Below are positions 9,260 to 20,073 of a stretch of DNA of 64,000 nt, in pieces (position 1 is the first letter of the stretch; each line of letters begins with the position of its first letter). The notes under the pieces were generated by a model. The model saw only the letters and a list, made by a program, of their open reading frames with translations, made no database searches and was not told the DNA's origin. Location: assembly GCA_031429075.1 (NCBI GenBank), contig JANOYW010000028.1:14205-78204 (forward strand), given 5' to 3'. The stretch is from Bdellovibrionales bacterium (lineage in GTDB: Bacteria > Bdellovibrionota > Bdellovibrionia > Bdellovibrionales > JAGQZY01). Position numbers and translations under genes: made by a program.

Positions 9260-9284
9260 AAAGAAAAGGAATGTTCAGCGATGA

Positions 9285-10940
<1,656 letters not shown>

Positions 10941-10968
10941 TCAATCCTCCAAAAATTAATTTAATATA

Positions 10969-11268
10969 CTAATTCAAAATTCCGAGAACATCGTTCTCAG
11001 TAATCATTAGATAGTCTTCGCTTCCAAACTTAAGATCTGTGCCCGCGTATTTGCTAAAAAGCACTTTGTCGCCAGCTTTAACTTCGAGGGGAAAAACTTT
11101 TCCGTCTTCGTTAACGCGACCTTTTCCTGTGGCGATAACTTCGCCTTTTTGTGGTTTTTCTTTAGCGGTGTCTGGAATATAAAGTCCACCTGCTGTTTTT
11201 TCATCTTCCTTCATTCTGCGAATGAGAATCCGATCATGTAAAGGACGAATAGTTTCTGTAGAGCCCAT
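10969..11268 (-). CDS. groS: Co-chaperonin GroES (Hsp10)
   Basis: [12 protein letters not shown]...[24 protein letters not shown]. Lies 31 nt upstream of groEL. Confidence 0.95.
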   Translation of the reverse strand: MGSTETIRPLHDRILIRRMKEDEKTAGGLYIPDTAKEKPQKGEVIATGKGRVNEDGKVFPLEVKAGDKVLFSKYAGTDLKFGSEDYLMITENDVLGILN

Positions 11269-11315
11269 TAAATACCTCCTGGTCTTTAAATCAATTTTTA
11301 CTCGTATGTGGATGC

Positions 11316-11344
11316 AATATGGAAATAGCTCCTGTCCCTGTCAA
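11316..11344 (-). promoter_or_regulatory. Candidate groES promoter (TTGACA-N17-CATATT; also readable as CTTGACA ... CCATATT, sigma32-like)
   Basis: On the minus strand, TTGACA is at 11344-11339 and CATATT at 11321-11316, about 48 nt upstream of the groES ATG. Found by eye only. Confidence 0.4.
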
Positions 11345-11360
11345 GGTGACGGAGCTATTA

Positions 11361-11885
11361 TTATTGGATTTCGGAGGCTTTACTCTTTGCGTTATCTTTG
11401 GGGGATTTAGAAAATTTGAGAGGGAGTTTTTTCTCTTTGTCTTGAGTGTTTTTATAGGCGATGAGCAGTTCGCTCTTTTCGTCCTCTGTCAGTTTTTTAG
11501 TGGCTTCTTTAAACTCTTCTAAACTGAGCATTTTCAAATACATAGAAAAATAATCATGGATGTTGAGCTGGAGTGCTACGTCCACATTGAAGGTGAGCTT
11601 TTGTTCGTTGGTCTTACCCACATCTTCAGCGGTGTCTGCAGATTTTCCCTCTTGCCACACCTGGTTTTGATTGTGCCCTTGGGATTTGCTCAAGGTTTCG
11701 AGCTTTTGCTGGGCTTCGTGAACACGGGCCGATTTCCACTCTAAAAAGCTGTAAACACTCACTTTTTCAGTGTTAACTGCCGGCGCTGCTGGCGGTTGTA
11801 TCGACGGACTGGCAGACCCTTGACCTCTAGCCATGGTTGCTAAAACAAAGTTCAAACATAAAAACGTCATGATCCACTTTTTCAT
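11361..11885 (-). CDS. Hypothetical secreted protein
   Basis: ATG 11885 is preceded by GAGGAAGAGG. Signal peptide MKKWIMTFLCLNFVLATMARG. The rest is charged and helical. Confidence 0.5.
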   Translation of the reverse strand: MKKWIMTFLCLNFVLATMARGQGSASPSIQPPAAPAVNTEKVSVYSFLEWKSARVHEAQQKLETLSKSQGHNQNQVWQEGKSADTAEDVGKTNEQKLTFNVDVALQLNIHDYFSMYLKMLSLEEFKEATKKLTEDEKSELLIAYKNTQDKEKKLPLKFSKSPKDNAKSKASEIQ

Positions 11886-12124
11886 ACTTACAAACCTCTT
11901 CCTCTGCAGTTCTTTACAAGATCCGTGCCTAGCGAGATCTAACCTATTAGATTCCTTGTGCATTTGGTGACAATTTCAGGCTCCCTTCGGGTTTTTTATG
12001 GCAAAAAAATGTCCGCCCTAGATCTGCCGAGTGTCTGGATTTAGCCTTGCTCGCTGCATTTCAATACTCTTCTCTGGGCAATTTTCTAAAATAATAAGTG
12101 GTTCATCCTTTAAAAGGAGCATTC

Positions 12125-13177
12125 ATGCTGCGTATTAAATGGCCTCTTTGTCTCTTGCTCGCACTTTTCACCGCCGTTGCGGGTTGTGAAAGTGAAGACG
12201 ATGGCGACTCTTCTTCGAGCGGATCCGTTGTACCAGGAGTGATCGATGCCAACGGTGGCTTTAACGTAAAAATCAATAACCCTGTAAACACAGATCATTA
12301 CATTCATAAAGCTGGAGATTTTGCAGCCTCCTGTTCGGTGGCTTCCGGCGAAACGAGCTTTGCCAACCAAGATATTACCTGCATCGTAGAAATTGAAGAG
12401 CTTGCAGGAGCCAACACTGGCGTAAAGATGGTGGTGAACTCCCCACCTGGAATGTGCAAGTATGTTTTGCATTATCCTTATTTTTATTTTGGACGCGATT
12501 ATGGAGTGGGCCCAACGGCTGTGGTGGCAAACTTTGATGCCGACGGACTTTTTATCTCCGCTGGGTCTTCAATCACCGGGCCTGGCGTTTTCACTTCCAC
12601 GGGAGGAGTGAGTTGCAATTACGACTATAGCGCCTCCGACGGGCCCAACTGTTGCTATGGAGACTACACTCTTCGAACTATAACGCCCACATCCGATACC
12701 ACCGTAACGGCTAGCTGGGGCGGAAAGCCAGGCAACTGCGCTGCCGGCGCTGGACTCACTATGACCACTCAGGATAAGACCTACAACCTGCCCGTTGCCC
12801 AGTACAACTATTCCGGATCTGGTTTTAATAAAGAATTCTCCACCGGAGAGCGAAGCATTATCGATTTAGACTCTTCTCTTTACTACGCTAACTATTACAG
12901 TGGCGCAGCCCCTACGGCTTTAAAACAAGCGGGAACATACCCTGCAAATCCATACTACACTTGGACTTGTTATGATGATGCCCAGGAAACCGTGGCTCGC
13001 ATCCGCGTGCAAATTCGCGAATGGAATGAAGTGGCCGAGTTTGAGCTCGAAGCTGCTGGAGATCCCGACACTTCGGGTGTTGAACCCAACTGGGGCGCAA
13101 GCGTTAACGACTATCGCGATTGGCTCGACATGACTACAACATACCTCGACGCCTTTCCAGGAATGCCTGAGTTATAA
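12125..13177 (+). CDS. Cys-rich lipoprotein, unknown function
   Basis: AAGGAG SD before ATG 12125. Lipobox LFTAVAGC. Many paired cysteines (CSVASG, CIVEIE, CKYVLH, CNYDY...NCCYGDY, GNCAAG, WTCYDD). Confidence 0.6.
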   Translation: MLRIKWPLCLLLALFTAVAGCESEDDGDSSSSGSVVPGVIDANGGFNVKINNPVNTDHYIHKAGDFAASCSVASGETSFANQDITCIVEIEELAGANTGVKMVVNSPPGMCKYVLHYPYFYFGRDYGVGPTAVVANFDADGLFISAGSSITGPGVFTSTGGVSCNYDYSASDGPNCCYGDYTLRTITPTSDTTVTASWGGKPGNCAAGAGLTMTTQDKTYNLPVAQYNYSGSGFNKEFSTGERSIIDLDSSLYYANYYSGAAPTALKQAGTYPANPYYTWTCYDDAQETVARIRVQIREWNEVAEFELEAAGDPDTSGVEPNWGASVNDYRDWLDMTTTYLDAFPGMPEL

Positions 13178-13252
13178 ACAGATTTTCGGCTCGTAAAGCA
13201 GAGTCTTGCAAGTTCCAGTGCGCATAGATATGATTCCTCTTCAGGAGATTTT

Positions 13253-14608
13253 ATGCGCCATCGATTATTCAACACTTGTCTCGTTTTCGTTATCACCTTT
13301 TTTGTTTTCCGCTCCCACGCCAACGTCGTTGGCACGCACATGCAAAATTTTAATCCCACAACAAGTGGTCTTGATTTTGTGACTATTCAATCAACAAAGA
13401 CATTGCCCAAGGCAGAATTTGCGCTGGGTGTATGGGCCAACTACTCCATGAACTCTCTGCCATTTTTTAAAGCGCCAGGTGCGACAAGTGGTCAGACTTT
13501 TTCCGAACCCAACGACAAACTTCTTTCTGGAGATCTTAATTTAGGTCTCGGACTTTTTGATAATTGGGACATCGGACTCAGTTTGCCCACGATTCTCAAT
13601 CAAGACATCGATAGTTCCACTCAAGTCGGTGCTTACGATGAAAAGGGACTTACGGAAATTCGCCTCAACAGCAAATACCGTTTTTACGCCGAAGAAAACT
13701 GGGCTCTCGCGGTGGTGGGTTCTGTAAATTTTGATCGCATCAAAAATAATCCTTTCTCCGGCACTGACTCTGGTCCAACGTGGAATGTGGAAGGGGTTTT
13801 TGATTATGTAATCCAACCCGGAATGCTGTGGGCTGTGAACTTGGGTTATCGTCTGCGCGATGAAGGACAAGCCATTGCAAATTCAGACGTTCTTCCGCTG
13901 TCCGATCAAATTCTTTACTCGTCGGCGCTTTCCTATTTGCATACGCCGTGGGATACCACTTTTATTTTTGAAGTTTTTGGTAGTTCATTTACAAAAAACA
14001 CTCCCCTGGCCACCGACCGCTCGCATAGCAACTTAGAAGTTTTAGCCGGAGCTAAATATCAACTCACTCCCAAAATTGCCACCCATGCGGGTATCGCCAC
14101 CGAGGCCTACCGTGGCCACGCTTCGCCAGACATGCGCGTTTACCTGGGGATGGTGTGGATGATGGGCCCTATCCGTGAGCGCGTGGTTGTTGCGCCAGAA
14201 CCCGAGACAGTCGTTGTTCAGCAGACGACGGTTGTACAAGAAGAACAACCCACCGAAGTGATTGTTCTGTCGTCGATCAACTTTCATAACAAATTGGATG
14301 AAATGACCGCAGCCTCTCGCCGAGATTTTCAACCCACCATCGAAAAAATTAAAAACAATACGCAAACCTTGCGTAAAATTATTGTGGAAGGTCACACCGA
14401 CTCACGCGGCACCGATGCCTACAATCTGGGTCTCAGCCAACGACGAGCCAATTCAGTGGCCCGAGTTTTAAAAAGCGCTTTAGGCGAACAGGTGCAAATT
14501 GAAGGTGTTGGCAAAGGGGAATCTCGCCCCGTGGATCGCAATGACTCCGACAAAGGTCGTGCCGCCAATCGTCGCGTTGAGCTAAAAATTTATCGCAATA
14601 CGCCCTGA
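13253..14608 (+). CDS. OmpA-family outer-membrane protein (N-terminal barrel + C-terminal OmpA-like peptidoglycan-binding domain)
   Basis: Signal peptide. C-terminal motif EGHTDSRGTDAYNLGLSQRRANSVARVL...RAANRRVELKIY. Confidence 0.85.
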   Translation: MRHRLFNTCLVFVITFFVFRSHANVVGTHMQNFNPTTSGLDFVTIQSTKTLPKAEFALGVWANYSMNSLPFFKAPGATSGQTFSEPNDKLLSGDLNLGLGLFDNWDIGLSLPTILNQDIDSSTQVGAYDEKGLTEIRLNSKYRFYAEENWALAVVGSVNFDRIKNNPFSGTDSGPTWNVEGVFDYVIQPGMLWAVNLGYRLRDEGQAIANSDVLPLSDQILYSSALSYLHTPWDTTFIFEVFGSSFTKNTPLATDRSHSNLEVLAGAKYQLTPKIATHAGIATEAYRGHASPDMRVYLGMVWMMGPIRERVVVAPEPETVVVQQTTVVQEEQPTEVIVLSSINFHNKLDEMTAASRRDFQPTIEKIKNNTQTLRKIIVEGHTDSRGTDAYNLGLSQRRANSVARVLKSALGEQVQIEGVGKGESRPVDRNDSDKGRAANRRVELKIYRNTP

Positions 14609-14666
14609 GTTGGTTTTGACAACAGGCTTCGCTTCATCTCGCGAAGCGGGATGCCGACAAGGCATT

Positions 14667-15086
14667 ATGGGTTCCATCGTTAAGCTGTCGGCATTATTTT
14701 TAGTCGCAATCCTAGGAAGCGTGTTTTTGCTCTCCTCCCGTGCAAAGCTCACTCAACCAAAGTCTTTGCGTCACGTGTTAGGTGCCATCCAAATCAGCTA
14801 CGACAACGAAACTTATAAGGTTGTTAAGTTGAGCAAAGGAAACGATGTGCTCATCGAAATTTACAGCACCAAAGATGGCGCTCTCACGCTGCACTCGCAC
14901 TTCGAACTCCCAAATCAGCAGGACCTTCACTACGATTTTAGAACTGGTGTGGGCAACCTTTTCGCCACCGACATGGACTCTGATTCAGAAAATGAAATCA
15001 TTGTTCCCGTGATGGGACGAGGGTTGGAAACTGAACTAAAAATAATTAAGCACGATAAAGAAAATAAAAAATTCTATCTACTTTGA
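14667..15086 (+). CDS. Membrane-anchored hypothetical protein
   Basis: ATG 14667 gives MGSIVKLSALFLVAILGSVFLL as an anchor. The longest ORF uses TTG 14610, right after the ompA-like stop. Confidence 0.4.
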   Translation: MGSIVKLSALFLVAILGSVFLLSSRAKLTQPKSLRHVLGAIQISYDNETYKVVKLSKGNDVLIEIYSTKDGALTLHSHFELPNQQDLHYDFRTGVGNLFATDMDSDSENEIIVPVMGRGLETELKIIKHDKENKKFYLL

Positions 15087-16202
15087 TTTTCGCGCGGGTT
15101 TCAACACCGCTGGGGCCTTGATGCTTGGCTCTTCAACGCTGCCGAGATTCGCTTCTACGTCAGTGACGGTTCGCTTGCTCAAATCTCTCCACGACTTCCC
15201 TGCGCGCGCTTTTGGATCCATTTGATAGGACGTCACCGCCGACGAATGATCTTTGTAGTTTTTAGAAAATACGTGCGTTCCATCATTCTTGCTCACAAAG
15301 TACAGATACTCCGTATTAGCAGGCTGAACCGCGGCACTGAGGGCCTCAAGTCCGGGGTTGGAGATGGGTCCCGGTGGAAGGCCGCTTCTTTTATAGGTGT
15401 TGTAGGGATGATCGGCAAGCAGATCGCTCTTGGTAATATTTAAGCGATAGGCACCTGTTTTGAGAAGTCGTGCGTAAATAACTGTGGGATCCGTTTGCAA
15501 ACGCATTTTCTTTTGCAATCGATTATGAAAAACCGACGAAATTTGTGGTCGCTCAAAACCGGCACCAGTTTCTTTTTCTATGATCGAAGCCAACGTCACA
15601 ATTTGATGGCGCGCCCAGCCAGGACGAGTGCCAATTTTTTTAAACTTGTCTAAAAAACGCAAGACTAAACGCCGCGCGATGGTTCGACAGCCGTCAACTT
15701 TTGTAAAAAAATAAGTGTCAGGAAAAAGGTATCCCTCTAACGAAGTAAGCTCTTCCGGAAAGATGGACTTGATAAATTTTTTGTTAGTTGCGAGAGCTAC
15801 GAAGTCCTCCTTTTTACAGAGAGTGAGCTCTTCAAGTTTAGCGCCAATCTCGAACAAATTTGTTCCTTCGGGCACAATCAAACGATGTCCCAAAGACTTA
15901 CCGCTGCGGAGAATTTCAAACAGTCCGTTGAGTGTGGTTCCCACGGCAACTCCGTATTCACCAGACTTCATCTTTTTGTCATGACCAAAAATCCGCGCCC
16001 ACATCACAAATACTTCTACGGAACCGATCATTTCTTTGTCGTAAAGTTGTTGTCCAACTTCGCGCAAAGTATCATTATCTGTCACTGTGATAATTCTATA
16101 CGCCGAGTGCGGCAAGGCCTTGCTGTAATATTCCTGAGTTTGCCAAGCAACAAACGCACTCACTATGAGAGCAATCACTAAAATCCATTTTAGAAATCTC
16201 AT
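15078..16202 (-). CDS. mltG: Endolytic murein transglycosylase MltG (YceG family)
   Basis: N-terminal TM segment. YceG signatures LASIIEKET, DPTVIYA, YNTYKRSGLPPGPISNPG, YLYFVSKNDGTHVFS. Confidence 0.88.
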   Translation of the reverse strand: MRFLKWILVIALIVSAFVAWQTQEYYSKALPHSAYRIITVTDNDTLREVGQQLYDKEMIGSVEVFVMWARIFGHDKKMKSGEYGVAVGTTLNGLFEILRSGKSLGHRLIVPEGTNLFEIGAKLEELTLCKKEDFVALATNKKFIKSIFPEELTSLEGYLFPDTYFFTKVDGCRTIARRLVLRFLDKFKKIGTRPGWARHQIVTLASIIEKETGAGFERPQISSVFHNRLQKKMRLQTDPTVIYARLLKTGAYRLNITKSDLLADHPYNTYKRSGLPPGPISNPGLEALSAAVQPANTEYLYFVSKNDGTHVFSKNYKDHSSAVTSYQMDPKARAGKSWRDLSKRTVTDVEANLGSVEEPSIKAPAVLKPARKSK

Positions 16203-17713
16203 CGGCCTCCAGAGCTGTAATTCATCCCCGGTAAAATATTTTTGGAATCAAAGGGGGTTTCATCCTCTAAGCATGCCACAGGTACCGTGCAGTAATAAAC
16301 TGCGAAGGTGGACGTTGGTCGGTCGTTTCCTGATTTATCTCTGCCTCCGAATGGTAGTTTTGAACTCGCCCCATTGGTTGTGCGGTTCCAATTCACCAAG
16401 CCAGACCGCGCCTTTTGTACAACGTACTCATAGGTCTTTTTGTTTTTTGAAAAAATAGATGTGACCAAGCCAAAACCTGTTGAATTGTTAATTTGTACAG
16501 CCTCTTCCAAATCGCTCGCCGTATACACAGCTACATTGGGGCCAAAAATTTCGTTTTTTTGGTACACCGAGTTTTTGTTTATATCTTTGATTTTATAAAT
16601 ACTCGGAGTGACGTAATACCCTTTTTTCGAAAGCTCTAGCTGCTTTCCGCGCATGATCTTTTCGCTGCCTTCGCGAACCGCGATTTCTTGAAAACGCAAA
16701 TACGTATCCAAGGATTTTGCATTGATCAAGGGGCCCATAAATGGATTGTCCTTCCAATAGCCTATCTCTAATTTTTTTGCCGCTTGATAAAATTTTTCTA
16801 AAAATTCACCGGCAATCGACTCATGCAAAATCAAGCGGCTGGTACACGAACAGCGCTGTCCCGCCGAAGCAAAGGAGCCTATGAGAGATTCGTAAATTGC
16901 TTTTTCCATATCGGCATCATTCCAAACGATAGTGGCATTTTTGCCACCCATTTCTAGGGCATGGATCTTCCAATAGTGATTGATTGTGCCCTGTTTAATT
17001 TTAAGCCCCGTCTCGTAAGAACCCGTAAACAGGATTCCATCCACCAGCTCGTGCTCAACAAGGCGTCGACCGGTATCGCCCAAACCCTGAACCAAATTAA
17101 ATACACCGGCAGGAAAACCCGCCTTGTGAATACATTCGGCATAAACCTGTCCTGTGGCCGGCGTAAACTCCGACGGCTTAAACACCACCGTGTTACCGGT
17201 CATCAGAGCGGGAACGATATGGCCATTGGGCAAATGACCCGGAAAGTTAAACGGCCCTACTACAGACATCACGCCGCGTGGTTTGTAGATCACTTTTCCG
17301 CGAACTCCTGGCAGAGCGTTTTCGACCACCGTATCTTCGACCAGACGCATGGCTTGGTCGATCGTGATTGGAATTTTATTAATCATCGCTGCGACTTCGG
17401 TCAAACTCTCCCACTGGGGTTTGCCGGTTTCTCGAGAAATCACTTCGGAAATTTTTTGTTTGTTTTCTTCAAACACAGTTTGCAGTTTTTTAAGATAATC
17501 AATTCTAGTGGCGAGCGAAAGTTGCGACCATTCCGCAAAGGCTTTGCTTGCAGCCTCACAGGCGCGATCTACATTGGAGAACACGTAGGGAACATTCACC
17601 ACCGACTCGGAAAGATCGGCGGGACTTTTTAACTCGATCACGCCGTCTTCGCTCTCGACCTTGATGAACTGTCCTTGAATGTAATCGCCCAAATAAGGAA
17701 TACTCACAGCCAT
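16199..17713 (-). CDS. astD: N-succinylglutamate 5-semialdehyde dehydrogenase-like aldehyde dehydrogenase
   Basis: RETGKPQWESLTEVAAMINKI (AstD-like), EMGGKNA, and catalytic Cys context GQRCSC. ATG 17713 is preceded by AGGAGA. Overlaps the mltG start by 4 nt. Confidence 0.8.
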   Translation of the reverse strand: MAVSIPYLGDYIQGQFIKVESEDGVIELKSPADLSESVVNVPYVFSNVDRACEAASKAFAEWSQLSLATRIDYLKKLQTVFEENKQKISEVISRETGKPQWESLTEVAAMINKIPITIDQAMRLVEDTVVENALPGVRGKVIYKPRGVMSVVGPFNFPGHLPNGHIVPALMTGNTVVFKPSEFTPATGQVYAECIHKAGFPAGVFNLVQGLGDTGRRLVEHELVDGILFTGSYETGLKIKQGTINHYWKIHALEMGGKNATIVWNDADMEKAIYESLIGSFASAGQRCSCTSRLILHESIAGEFLEKFYQAAKKLEIGYWKDNPFMGPLINAKSLDTYLRFQEIAVREGSEKIMRGKQLELSKKGYYVTPSIYKIKDINKNSVYQKNEIFGPNVAVYTASDLEEAVQINNSTGFGLVTSIFSKNKKTYEYVVQKARSGLVNWNRTTNGASSKLPFGGRDKSGNDRPTSTFAVYYCTVPVACLEDETPFDSKNILPGMNYSSGGR

Positions 17714-17721
17714 GATTTCTC

Positions 17722-18738
17722 CTATAGCAAAGAGCAAAAAACGTTTTTGCCCAAAAATTGTTTTAGATATGCGTTACCCACTAGGTTTACAGAGACCGTG
17801 TCTTTTTCCACGGAAACAATGGTCTGTGCGCAAAAGAACTCACCGTCGTCAACATAACCAATGAGGGCTTCTTGCATCAACTTTTTGTTGCCCTCAACAG
17901 CTTTCACGATCTTTCCCTTTTTAATAACTGAGACCTCTTTTAACTTACAGCCATAGTGCGGACCTCCATCAAAGGGATCCACTTCATTTTTATAGGTAAA
18001 GCCCATTTTTTCCAAAAGATGTTTGGCGCCGCGAGTTTCTTCGGCCACTTCGCCAATCACAAGCCTGGCGCTGGAGTCCAAAAGGCACAGGTAAATGTCG
18101 TCTTCGGGAAAGAGTGTCTTAATAAAACCCTTGTGCTGCTGACTGACACGATCGGCCTCTTGGTAGTTCATGCCCGTGAATCGTCTGCCCAAAGCCTCCC
18201 AGAATTCACTTCGCCCTTCTTCGGTGAGTGGAGGGCTGAGCTCACACAGGATATTTTCCTCAAACGAAGTTGGCGTTATTCCCATATAGACAAAGCGACT
18301 TAGGCTTAATAGGCGCCCTAGTTTTATCGGTTGTCGGCGATAGCTTCGATCTAAAAGCAGACCGCCAATTTCCGTGGGGCCGCTGATGTCTTCGCCAAGG
18401 CTTAAAACACTATGAATAAAACCGACGCCTAAATTGGGGCTCTGTTTTTTTCGCTCAAAAATTTTAAAATAATAATGCGGAAACTTTTCGGTGCCGTGTT
18501 TTGCAAGGATGAGACAGGTTCCAATCACTCGTTGCTCTTCAATATCTTCCAGTGCAAATAGGTACTCCGCGTTTTCCTTATCTAACTCTCCGGCAAAACT
18601 TTGCAGACTGCGTTTGATCTTTTGTTTTAAGATTTTTGCATCCGCTGGGAGATTAAGCAGCGTAAACTGCTTTGCCAGTGCCAATAAATCTTCAAAATCA
18701 CCTTCACGAATACTTCTCACAATAAAACTCATAAACAC
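17722..18738 (-). CDS. astA: Arginine/ornithine N-succinyltransferase
   Basis: AstA-family N-terminus IVRSIREGDFEDLLALAKQ...LNLPADAKILKQKIKRSLQSF. Length 338 aa. Lies next to astD. Confidence 0.8.
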   Translation of the reverse strand: MFMSFIVRSIREGDFEDLLALAKQFTLLNLPADAKILKQKIKRSLQSFAGELDKENAEYLFALEDIEEQRVIGTCLILAKHGTEKFPHYYFKIFERKKQSPNLGVGFIHSVLSLGEDISGPTEIGGLLLDRSYRRQPIKLGRLLSLSRFVYMGITPTSFEENILCELSPPLTEEGRSEFWEALGRRFTGMNYQEADRVSQQHKGFIKTLFPEDDIYLCLLDSSARLVIGEVAEETRGAKHLLEKMGFTYKNEVDPFDGGPHYGCKLKEVSVIKKGKIVKAVEGNKKLMQEALIGYVDDGEFFCAQTIVSVEKDTVSVNLVGNAYLKQFLGKNVFCSLL

Positions 18739-20060
18739 ACCTTTTCAATCATACTTAAATAAAAATCTTCAGCCGTTTGTAAGTCTTTGATCAACACATG
18801 CTCTTCGGGAGTGTGCGTGTTGTACTGCCGATGCCCTGGCCCAAAAACAATGCAGTCAAAACCAAACCGGCTAAGGACGTTGGCTTCGTTGGTTACGGGT
18901 TGGGTCTTCATTTCTGCGGCAACTCCAAGTTGGCGAATCTTGAGCATACAGTCTTGGGCAAAGGGACTTTGAGGATTGGTACTAAATGGTTTTTTAGCAT
19001 CGAGAATGCGAAACACCGCACCAACACGCTTACACGTGTCCGCAATAAAACCCATCCACTGTGCATATACAGCCTCGGGAACATCAGATGTCCAGCGGAC
19101 GGCCCCCGCAAGTCGCACATGATCGTGGACCGTGCGAATACTGCCTATATTTAACGTAGAAAATGGCGGATCAAAATCTCCACTGATATACTTTTTAAAG
19201 TCTGTTTCGAGAGAGTTTATTGCACCGTAAATTTCGCGCAATTGTTTTCCGAGGGCGTCTGCTTTTTGTGCTGTTAAATCAAATTCCAACGCCGCCTGAG
19301 TGGGGATGGTATTAAAACTCACACCACCGTCGACGTTGAGCACCTGAATAGACTCTGGAAGTTTAATCAAGTACTCGAGCATTTTAACAATGGCATTCTC
19401 ACCCGTTTCGGGAGAGGCTGAGTGGGCCGCTTTGCCTTGAAATATTTTGCTCTGGGTGGAGGCCGTGAGTTCGTCCCCCGCCCACTCGTCTTCGTTCTTA
19501 CTTTTAAATGGAATAATAATTTCCAGGCGAGCAATTCCTTTTCCGGCATAGATGATCTGCAAATCTGTGGGCTCACCGATAAGTGCCAGCGTCGGCAAAA
19601 TTCTTCGCTCACGAACAGCCTTAATGGCCCCACGCATATGCTCCTCCTCTCCGAACGTTCCTAATAGAACTGCCGAGCCCGAAAGAGTTTTCCAATTTGC
19701 TCTCTTCATTGCAAAGAGCTTGCAAAGAAAGTCCAACTTTACATCGGCCGCCCCGAGGCCATAAATTTTATCGCCGCGAATGGACGCCTGAAACGGATTG
19801 AAGCCGGTTTTATTCCATAGCGCAAAAGAGCCTGGGTCCACCGTATCCAAATGCGTTTGTAACAAAAGCCTTTGCGGATTGTGACTTGGATGAATAAATA
19901 AATTAGCCTGTGATACCCCACTGGATACGTCTTCTGAGACTTGCGTAGAAAATCCTAAGCTCTCGGCCAGACCTTGCAAAAAGCGAACAGCTTCGATGTT
20001 CCCCTGCTCTGGAGAAGTATCAATGGCAATTAGCTTTTGGGCCGCTGATAAAAAGTCCAC
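18729..20060 (-). CDS. M20-family metallo-deacylase (ArgE/DapE-like)
   Basis: Motifs LLLQTHLDTVDPG, YGLGAADVKLD, GTFGEEEH. Overlaps the astA start by 10 nt. Confidence 0.75.
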   Translation of the reverse strand: MDFLSAAQKLIAIDTSPEQGNIEAVRFLQGLAESLGFSTQVSEDVSSGVSQANLFIHPSHNPQRLLLQTHLDTVDPGSFALWNKTGFNPFQASIRGDKIYGLGAADVKLDFLCKLFAMKRANWKTLSGSAVLLGTFGEEEHMRGAIKAVRERRILPTLALIGEPTDLQIIYAGKGIARLEIIIPFKSKNEDEWAGDELTASTQSKIFQGKAAHSASPETGENAIVKMLEYLIKLPESIQVLNVDGGVSFNTIPTQAALEFDLTAQKADALGKQLREIYGAINSLETDFKKYISGDFDPPFSTLNIGSIRTVHDHVRLAGAVRWTSDVPEAVYAQWMGFIADTCKRVGAVFRILDAKKPFSTNPQSPFAQDCMLKIRQLGVAAEMKTQPVTNEANVLSRFGFDCIVFGPGHRQYNTHTPEEHVLIKDLQTAEDFYLSMIEKVCL

Positions 20061-20073
20061 ACGCTCTCCGTCT

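Noticed and set aside
11269-11360. Searched for a CIRCE/HrcA operator upstream of groES, and also upstream of grpE at 40517-40561.
   Set aside because: No TTAGCACTC-N9-GAGTGCTAA-like sequence is present. The inverted repeat found there (AATAGCTCC...GGAGCTATT) does not resemble CIRCE.
16961-17632. A 223-aa plus-strand ORF antisense to astD. Similar long antisense ORFs occur in groEL (9330-9743, 9892-10275, 10645-10959), nuoL (52786-53235), mfd (56264-56650) and hemW/M16 (38980-39342).
   Set aside because: All sit opposite well-supported conserved genes and encode low-complexity or Arg/Ser-rich sequences with no start signals. They were treated as frame shadows.
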